The notes beneath the pieces were generated by a model. That model searched no databases. It had not been told where the DNA came from and saw only the letters and a list, made by a program, of their open reading frames with translations. Shown one piece after another: positions 10,747 through 18,921 of a DNA stretch of 18,921 nucleotides. The DNA lies in assembly GCF_006345805.1 (NCBI RefSeq), contig NW_021824421.1, positions 1 through 18,921 of the forward strand, written 5' to 3'. The number at the start of each line of letters is the position of its first letter. The first letter of the stretch is position 1. The stretch comes from Octopus sinensis (taxonomy: Eukaryota). The position numbers were made by a program, and so were the translations under genes.

Positions 10747-11001
10747 ATTATGTATGCACGTATGTATAATAATCTATTAAGTAATCAGAAGATGAAACTG
10801 GTATAACAGATTAAAGAGTTCTACCAATTCCTTCTGTTTACCTAATCGACTATTATGTCAACTTACACTGCAGAATTCCTGAAGTAGATCCAACGAAAAT
10901 ATACCCCAACTGCAGGTGACACTGGGGAGCCCAAAACTGTGCCAGCACAGTTTTCACACGTCAGCAGACTAACATATACTCGTTAGTCCAAAATATTTGA
11001 T

Positions 11002-11039
11002 ATGTGTGTGTGTGTGTGTGTGTGTATGTGTGTGTGTAT

Positions 11040-11090
<51 letters not shown>
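11002..11090. repeat. (GT)n microsatellite
   Basis: Directly visible. Confidence 0.97.
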
Positions 11091-11093
<3 letters not shown>

Positions 11094-11340
11094 GCTCTGT
11101 CTATATTTACAGCAATCTAAAAAATCGGTGTTTTTTGTTTTGATCCTTATTGCCCTATAAATTAGCGGTCCGATGAATAGATATCAGTGAAATAATTATC
11201 AGACTGAAACAGGCATAAAAAATGGATTTGTTATGAGCCAAAATAAACCCTTTGGAGGAGGCTGCTCAAGAATGGTCGCAGGCCAGTGATGGAGACTATC
11301 TTAATAAAAATAAGATAAAGAGACTGAATATTAAAATAAC

Positions 11341-11494
11341 AATGATGATGATGATGATGATGATGGTGGTGGTGATGATGATGATGATGATGGTGGTGGG
11401 GATGATGATGATGATGATGGTGGTGGTGATGATGATGATGATGATGATAATGATGATAATGATGATGATGAAGATGTTGATGATGATGATGAAA

Positions 11495-11588
<94 letters not shown>

Positions 11589-11618
11589 CTGAGGATGATG
11601 ATGATGATGATGATGATA

Positions 11619-11650
<32 letters not shown>

Positions 11651-11815
11651 AATGATGATGATGATAATGATGATGATGATGATGATAATGATGACGATGA
11701 TGATGATGATGATGATGATGATGATCGTGGCGGTAGTGGTGGTGATGGTGGTGGTGATGATGATGATGATGATGATATGATGATGATGCTGAGGGTAATG
11801 ATGATGATGATGATC
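11341..11815. repeat. (GAT)n trinucleotide microsatellite, about 475 bp
   Basis: Directly visible. Source of the poly-Met, poly-Asp, poly-Ile and poly-His ORFs. Confidence 0.97.
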
Positions 11816-12179
11816 GTAATAATATTCTGAAGTGAGTAAAAGTTTCAAGTGAGTATTGGTAACGATCGATACTTGAAAGTCTGACAAACTATTGAACACT
11901 TGACATATCTAATGATGTGCGATTAATATCGATAAGATGTTGATAACGATTGAAAGAAAAACAAAAAAAGAAACAGTTAGAAAGTAAACATCGAAATTTG
12001 GAAATTAGTTAAACTGCGTCATCATCATCATCATCATCATCGGCAGCAGCAGCAGTAGTGGTAGTGGTGGTGTAGGTGGTGGGGGATTATGGTAGTGGTG
12101 CTGATGGTTATGGTGATAGCGGTAGAGGTGGTGGTGGTAGTAATAATAGTAGTGGCATTAGTATTAGAAATAGTCGTAG

Positions 12180-12187
12180 AAGTTGCT

Positions 12188-12232
<45 letters not shown>

Positions 12233-12465
12233 TAGTAGTAGTGGTAGTAGCAGCAGCAGCAGTATTAGCAGTAGCAGCAGCAACAGTAGTAGTAGTAGTA
12301 GAAGTAGTAGTAGTAGTAGCAGCAGCAGCAGCAGTAGTAGTAGTCGCAGCAGCAGCAGCAGTAGTAGTAGTAGTCGCAGCAGCAGCAGTAGCAGAGGCTG
12401 CAGCAGCAGCAGTAGTAGTAGTAGTAGTAGTAATAGTAGTCGCAGCAGCAGCAGTAGCAGAGGCT

Positions 12466-12496
<31 letters not shown>

Positions 12497-12531
12497 TAAT
12501 AGTAGTCGCAGCAGCAGCAGTAGTAGAGGCT

Positions 12532-12565
<34 letters not shown>

Positions 12566-12606
12566 TAGTAGTAGTAGCAGCAGTAGTAGTAGTAGTAGTA
12601 GTAGCA
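12180..12606. repeat. (GTA)n/(GCA)n compound tract containing a 66-bp higher-order repeat
   Basis: GAGGCT markers at 12394, 12460 and 12526. GTC markers at 12373, 12439 and 12505. Confidence 0.93.
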
Positions 12607-12627
12607 GTATCAACAGTAATTCTAGTC

Positions 12628-12736
12628 GCCGAAGTCGACTTTATTTTTTGGCAGGGGGCGTGTCGATTATATCGACCCCAATGTTCAACTGGTACTTAAG
12701 TTATCGACTCCGACAAGATAAATTAAGTACCAGTTG
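12628..12736. mobile_element. Rearranged fragments of the SINE family seen at 15372-15571
   Basis: GCCGAAGTCGACTTT (plus), GTCGATTATATCGACCCCA...AACTGGTACTT (minus) and TTAAGTACCAGTT (plus) all match parts of 15440-15540. Confidence 0.75.
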
Positions 12737-12865
12737 TTTGACCATAACCAGTTGAGCATGTTCCTTTAGCGACTGAAAATATGTGCATCTCTGATCACGA
12801 GCAGAAGTAGTGGGGGAGCATCATAGCCATGTGTCGAGAGGGATTCTTTGGGGTTTGAATAATTC

Positions 12866-14225
12866 TGTGAGAAGGACAGGCAGCTGTACGGCAAGTTTAC
12901 GGAGGTCGGTGTCGACGACCCAGACAACCCTGAACCAGCATCATCTACGGCATCTCCCACCAAACCAAACCAAACGAATTTAATGCCAGCGAGGGCTAGT
13001 TTGATAAATTTCAAAAGAGGTTCAACCTTAAGAATGTGTCCCTGCATGGAGAAGCTTCTTCAGCTGACAAACCCGCCACTGTACGTGAACGAGACGTTCA
13101 AGGTCATCATTGAAGAAGAGGGATACTCAACTGATCAATATTTCAATGTGGATGTGACTGACCTCTTTTGGAAACGGATGTCATCGCGGACTTTCACTAT
13201 GAAGGGGGTCAGAGCCTCAGGACTTAAGGGGTAAAAAGATCGCATCACAATTATAATGTGTGGCAATGCTGCGGGTTTATGATAATGCCAGGGCTTATCT
13301 ATAAGCCCAAAAATCCAAGGGCCCTCAAAAACAAAAAATAAGAACCTGCTGCCAGTGCATTGGAAGCACAACCAGAAGGCATGGATAACAAAAACACTGA
13401 CATCGTATTGCTTTCACCAGTGCTTCATCTCCGAAGTCAAGGTTTATCGCGCCGAAAAAGGACTGGAATTCAAAGTGTTTCTCCTAATGGACAATGCTGG
13501 AGGTTACGCGCTCGAACTGTCTTATGAGGGCGTACAAATCGAATTCTTACGGCCAAACATCACATCGCTGATCCAGCCCATGAATCAAGGCGCTATTTAT
13601 GATTTTAAGGTGCTCTGTAGGCGAAAGTCCCTGAAAAACCTGGTCGAAGCTATGGATTCGGATGATAACTTCTCGTTGAAGGAGTACTGGTGCGGATACA
13701 CCATTGCAATGTGTTTCTGAAATAGTCAGAAGGCCCTAAAGCAGATGGAGAAGGTAACTTTGAATGCCAGCAGGAAGAAACTGTGGCCAGAAGCAGTCCA
13801 CAAGCATAAAGGATTCTCTCCCGATGAAATCTACCACTCTGCAGTAGATAAGGCAGTGAAGCTGGCAAAATTGTTTGGAGGAGATGGCTTCATCAAAATG
13901 ACTACCGAGGATGTTAATAACCTGATCCAGGCCCATCCAGATCTGTTAATGGACGAAGAGATGACGAAGTCAGCAAGTGAGGAAGAAGAAAGACAAGAGG
14001 ATCCAGGGGAAGAAGTTGGGCTATCACTAGAACACCTCTCAGCTCTAGCAAACACAGCAAAAGAACTTCAGAGAATGGTGGAAGATTGGGACCCCCAGGT
14101 GGTTTGTGTGTTGCAGTTCAGAATTGCAACTGACGGAACTGGAAGTTTGTAAAAAACCTTACACAGAAGAAAAGGCAGCGCCAGCAACCGTCCATCACTG
14201 TTTCTCACCCGCAAAAAAGAACAAG
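12866..14225 (+). pseudogene. Decayed Tigger/pogo (TIGD1-like, DDE_1) transposase, 5'-truncated
   Basis: EFNASEG*FDKFQKRF...HGEASSAD, YFNVDVTDLFWKRMSSRT, KDRITIIMCGNAAG, PVHWKHNQKAWIT, KVFLLMDNAGG, EFLRPNITSLIQPMNQG, WKKLW-like RKKLWPE. Stops at 13232 and 13718, several frameshifts, third catalytic Asp changed to Asn. No TIRs found. Confidence 0.93.
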
Positions 14226-14545
14226 TACAGAGATTCTAAGGTTGCCTCTGTTGCGCTGTGTTGCCCTGATGTGCATTGTGAACATCAGGGTCTGGCATAT
14301 TCGTAGATGTTTCTTCAAGGAAGTGTCTGTGGTATTTTATGCTGATGTGAAGTTTTCTTATTCAGACATCACAACGTGAACCGCCCCGACCAATGACAGC
14401 CTATTTTCCGGTAGTCATATTGGACTTCTTGCGTTTCTCCATTGGTTAACCTAAGCTTGAAAAAGACGGGTTTCGGCTGTTAGAGGCCGTCGGAACGGCA
14501 AGACTCATGGAGCCGAATCAAATTGCTTTAAACGACAACATATTT

Positions 14546-14547
14546 AT

Positions 14548-14598
<51 letters not shown>

Positions 14599-14676
14599 TA
14601 TATTATATATATATTATATACATATATATTATATTACACATATATACATACATACATATATATTATATTTATATAA

Positions 14677-14724
<48 letters not shown>

Positions 14725-14877
14725 ATATTATATTATATATCTATATATATACATATATATATATATGAGAGAGGTTGATAGATGTGTATATGTTTAAATA
14801 TGCATATAACTCTCTCTGCTTCATTCTCCCCCCTCTCTCTCTGTATATATATATATATATAGATATATATAATATAT

Positions 14878-14917
<40 letters not shown>

Positions 14918-14940
14918 CACACCACACACACATGCACACA
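14546..14940. repeat. Compound (TA)n/(CT)n/(CA)n microsatellite tract
   Basis: Directly visible. Confidence 0.95.
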
Positions 14941-15371
14941 AATGCTGGCTTCAAAGAAACTATCAAGGGAACTTCAGAGTTAGCAGGATAAATCTTATGT
15001 ATATTAATGAATATTTATCTCTCAAGGTAGCGAGCAGAAAAGTTGTATGAATTGAATATATATTGTTCGTAATCGAAGTTATCGGAAGCAGTTCAAAGAA
15101 ATTGTATTAAGAAGTGTTAGTTTAGATTGGTCTGTGTGTCAAAGAACTTTTAATACTAACAGAAATGGTTTTATGTACTATGGTTAATATTTCGTAACCA
15201 GTGTAGCTGGCAGCAAAAGTAGAATAAAAAGAAATATGCATTATGAATGTGGCTATCACAATATAGTAAATGTTATTGGTTTTAAAATAATTGGAAGAAG
15301 TGAATGTAAATAAGTTTTTGGTTGACGAAATAGTCTTCAGCGCTTTTTCTATAATTATTAATATTAATAAA

Positions 15372-15571
15372 GGCGGCGAGCTGGCAGAATCGTTAGCACG
15401 CCGGGCGAAATGCTTAGTGGTATTTCGTCTGCCGCTACGTTCTGAGTTCAAATTCCCGCTGAGGTCGACTTTGCCTTTCATCCTTTCGGGGTCGATTAAA
15501 TAAGTACCAGTTATGCACTGGGGTCGAAGTAATCGACTTAATCCGTTTGTCTGTCCTTGTTTGTCCCCTCT
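15372..15571 (+). mobile_element. tRNA-derived SINE, 5' intact and 3' truncated
   Basis: Starts GGCGGCGAGCTGGCAGAATCGTTAGC (A-box-like), has B-box-like GAGTTCAAATTCC, then GGGGTCGATTAAATAAGTACCAGT. Resembles an abundant octopus SINE from recall. Confidence 0.88.
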
Positions 15572-15572
15572 G

Positions 15573-15880
15573 GCAAGAGTATTCAGCTAACGATCGTAAG
15601 GTCGGGAGTTCGATTACCATCGGTGCGTTGAATCCTTGAATAATACATTTTATTTCTCGTTACTCCAGTCCACTCAGCTGGCATGAATGAGTTGTACCTG
15701 TAATTGAAAGGGGGCTAGCATTGTCACATTCGGTGTGATACGCTGAATCTCCATGAGAATTGCGTTAAGGGTCCTCGTGTCTGTGCAGTTCTCAGCTTCT
15801 TGCACGTTAATTTTATGAGCATTCTGTTCCTTTGATCGAATCAGCTGGAACACTCGCTGTCGTGAGCAACGGAGAGCCAG
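15573..15880 (+). mobile_element. Second tRNA-derived SINE family, 5' truncated
   Basis: tRNA-like CAGCTAACGATCGTAAGGTCGGGAGTTCGATT (B box 15608-15615), CORE-like TCCTTGAATAATACATTTTAT, then CCAGTCCACTCAGCTGGC and a 3' tail ending GGAGAGCCA. Confidence 0.78.
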
Positions 15881-16403
15881 GCTATATATTTATGTATGTG
15901 TGTATGTGTGTGTGTATATGTGTATGCGTGTATATTCATTGTAACAGTACAGCCGAATGGTTAAGATGTTCACTTGGTAATAACAACACAGAAAAGAGTA
16001 ACAAAACAACCCTTAATTTTCCTGGATGACTGCGAACAATCTGTGACTCTCATGTGATTGTTATTTGAACTCCAGGATAGCCTTGGCAAAGCAGACTTAT
16101 AACTGAAAGTGTTCTATTCATGTACGTCATTTGCATTTCTTGGATATTACATAGCGAAGATTACACTATCCGATGTGTCATTCTCTTTACAATACATTGG
16201 GGCAGAAGTCGAGGAACTTTTTTAACCAATTATCTCAGAATATATTTATTTGCGCCTTTGATTTGAAAGGAAGAAGATCATAGTTTCTTTGAATTTAAAG
16301 GGTTTATTGAATCTAGTTATATGGAAAATTCATTATGAATATAAAAAGTATAAAACAAATGCGATAAAATAAATTAATATCCTCATTATGAAACAAAATG
16401 AAT

Positions 16404-16682
16404 GCATGGCTTAATGAATGCATGGTTAAGAAGCTTCATTTGCAGCCTTGTAATTTCGGGTTCAATTGCAATTCGCGGTATTTTGGGCCAGTATTTTTTA
16501 CTAAGATCCCGGGCCTGTTAATGCGTTTGGAATGAATACATCCTCTGTAGTTTAGCTTTCAGCGAAAGAAGTCGGTAGAAAAAGTACCGGACTGGGGTCG
16601 GTGTTGTTAGGTAAATACTCTTGAAGGCGTGTGCTCCAGCATGGCCGCAATCCAATGTCTGAAACACGAGAAAGATAAAAGG
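16404..16682 (+). mobile_element. Degenerate SINE of the same type as 9425-9785, with an internal deletion
   Basis: GCATGG...GGTTAAGAAGC, GGGTTCAATT B-box remnant, and tail GGCGTGTGCTCCAGCATGGCCGCAATCCAATGTCTGAAAC. Confidence 0.75.
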
Positions 16683-16825
16683 CTATAACGTATTAAGTAA
16701 ATGGCAAAACAAACAACGAAATCAATAAATAAATCGATAAAGCGAATTAAAATAACAACAGCATGATGATGACATCAACAAGAACAACAAGAACAACAAC
16801 ATCAACTGTAACAACAGTGGCAGCA

Positions 16826-16859
<34 letters not shown>

Positions 16860-17360
16860 AAATAAATCAAAATAAGCCAGAGAGAGTAAATGAACTGTCT
16901 CGAAATTTCGTGCTTATTGCTATGAAATCATTGCAATTAAGTAGAGGCTGGCAGTTAATTCAAATTAACTAACACACATTTGATTCATACTAATAGATAC
17001 GGATTTACATATATCCATATCCACATACACACACACACACACACTTGCACACACAAGCACGCACACACGCATGCATATATATGTATGTAAACGCGTTCAC
17101 GCGTATATTGGCACATATTTACGCACTTATGGTAATATATAGTATGTTACACTTTAACACGTATTGACAGAAAATAGTACGTAATTATACAAAGTAATAC
17201 ATACACTGAGACGCATGCGCACACACATACGTACACACTAATCTTATTGAGATACGTTCTAATATATATTAATATATGCTAATATATGCTGATATATACT
17301 TACATAGCTATATTATATATAGCTATGTATGTATATATTATACATAAATACATATATATA

Positions 17361-17496
17361 TTGGGCGGGTGCAAAATTATTGCTGGTTTTTTTCAACAAA
17401 TTTTATTCAACAAAAACAATAACAGGTAACAAAAACATCTTTAAATGATTATTTCGGAGCATATTCACCATCTACTTCAATTACTGCTTCCCATTT
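17361..17496 (-). mobile_element. Mariner 3' end with terminal inverted repeat
   Basis: TA followed by TTGGGCGGGTGCAAAATTATTGCTGGTTTT, similar to the Hsmar1-type TIR TTAGGTTGGTGCAAAAGTAATTGCGGTT. Minus strand 17496-17449 encodes KWEAVIEVDGEYAPK*, a typical mariner C-terminus. Confidence 0.82.
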
Positions 17497-17499
17497 GTG

Positions 17500-17595
17500 T
17501 TGGTCCTCTTTGTCGAACCGCTATGCGGGTAAGCAAATAGACCAACATCAGTTGTCAAGCGTTTGATGAAAGGAAAAACACAGACACACATCCAC
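17500..17595 (-). mobile_element. Internal SINE fragment
   Basis: TTTGTCGAACCGCTA...ACCAACATCAGTTGTCAAGCG...AAACACAGACACAC parallels 9535-9600. Confidence 0.65.
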
Positions 17596-18254
17596 AGAGA
17601 TATATGGATATAGTTGAATAGAATTTTGGTAAAAAGATCGTAGTCGTATGCTGCATAAAGCTTGCCTAGTGGTATTGGCTACCAGATGTCATCATCATAC
17701 GATGGGAATACTGCTATCATTGGTTATACATCTGGACTTCCATAGTATCCGTAGAGACGAATAAGAAATAATGGATTGAACAACATCCTTTCTTCCATAT
17801 GACTACAATTGTTTCCAGATATCCTCACATCCGCTGTACATTGGTGAGATAATATAATTAACATACTGCGTAATTACTACCATCAATCAAAGGTGTAAAT
17901 GTGTTTCTTCGGGTGAGTATTTTGAATGAGTCTCTCGTTTGGTCTGACTGTCAATCCATTCTGTACAACAATGAATTCTCAAAGTGGCGCCATTTTCAGC
18001 AATTTCTAAACGAAACCAAACCCATAAAGGAAATGACAGACAAAACAAAAGTATAATCAAAATACAAAATAAAAACAAAACAAAACAAAAACAAAGAAAC
18101 AAACACTGAAAAACTCTCATGTCCAATTAACAATAAAATACAATTCTATCTTTACGGTCAGATTATTAGTAAGAAAGAAAAAAGAAATTAAGAAAATTAA
18201 GCGTTTAGAGATAATAATGTGATAACGTGATAAAGACTGTGACCATTTCCTGTG

Positions 18255-18255
<1 letters not shown>

Positions 18256-18322
<67 letters not shown>

Positions 18323-18502
18323 TATATATATACATATATATATACATATATATATACATATATATATACATATATACATATATATATATATACAACATAC
18401 ATAAAAATATAAATATACATAATAGATATATATACATACATATACATTTTTATATATCTATATATATATTATATATATATATATATATACATATCCATAT
18501 AT

Positions 18503-18554
<52 letters not shown>

Positions 18555-18615
18555 TACATATCAAATATATATACATATATATATACAATATACATATATA
18601 TCCACACACACACAC

Positions 18616-18663
<48 letters not shown>

Positions 18664-18670
18664 GGGGAGA
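18256..18670. repeat. (TA)n-dominated compound microsatellite ending in (GA)n
   Basis: Directly visible. Confidence 0.95.
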
Positions 18671-18863
18671 GAAGTTATGAGAGGTAATGTTCAGTAAGTG
18701 CTATGGATAGACCATAGTTGTGTTCCAAGTTCGATGATTATGCGAATAAGGAGTCCAACGTAGGTCATATATCAGCGTGTGTATATGGGGAATATTTTTT
18801 TAAATTTCAGAATGAGATAAAAAGCCAATGGCTGTGAAGATTTTAGAACATTTATAAATAGAA

Positions 18864-18913
18864 CGTCTTACAGCTGTTTCCGGGATATTTCTTATGTCTC
18901 TTCATCGGAAACG
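18864..18913 (-). ncRNA. Degenerate type I hammerhead ribozyme (Penelope-type)
   Basis: Minus strand reads CGUUU-CCGAUGA-AGAGACAU-AAGAA-AUAUCCCG-GAAA-CAGCUG-UA/AGACG. 5-bp stem I, palindromic stem III ACAGCUGU and a GUA triplet. U4 is changed to C and stem II has three mismatches. Confidence 0.6.
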
Positions 18914-18921
18914 GTGTGAGA

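Noticed and set aside
11175-11210. CCGAUGA...GUGAAAUAAUUA hammerhead-like string on plus
   Set aside because: Stem II is mostly mismatched and there is no stem I in register.
11252-11830. 192-aa ORF with a poly-Asp tract resembling an acidic biomineralisation protein
   Set aside because: It starts at TTG, is mostly a (GAT)n microsatellite slipping between poly-Met and poly-Asp phases, and lacks a signal peptide and splice support.
12076-12699. Ala/Val-rich and poly-Leu ORFs
   Set aside because: They are products of the GTA/GCA repeats, which lack stops in those frames by composition.
14465-14500. GGC/GCC stem followed by GAAACCCGUC on minus
   Set aside because: The core lacks G8-A9 and stem I cannot form.
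10103-17496. Idea that the two mariner remnants are halves of one inverted element
   Set aside because: They are 6.6 kb apart, do not overlap or abut in protein coordinates, and have no shared TSD evidence. Independent copies are simpler.

Overview
Repeat-dominated eukaryotic non-coding DNA (intergenic or intronic). About one third is microsatellite by eye: CTAT, TGTC, TA, CA/GT, TATG, GGT, GAT and GTA/GCA tracts. These explain almost every ORF in the supplied track. No intact host protein-coding gene is supported. The tRNA-derived SINEs resemble octopus/cephalopod families as I recall them, so the taxon is an inference. Recognisable elements are a 421-bp MITE with internal TTAGGG repeats, an RTE-type LINE 3' fragment, two mariner remnants, a decayed Tigger/pogo transposase and several SINEs. 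The best candidate for something new is three different minus-strand motifs with the layout of Penelope-type minimal type I hammerhead ribozymes. One (6982-7031) has the core C3-G8 pair swapped to G3-C8 and sits at the centre of a long, roughly 93% identical inverted repeat that could compete with the ribozyme fold. All structures were folded by hand and are untested.
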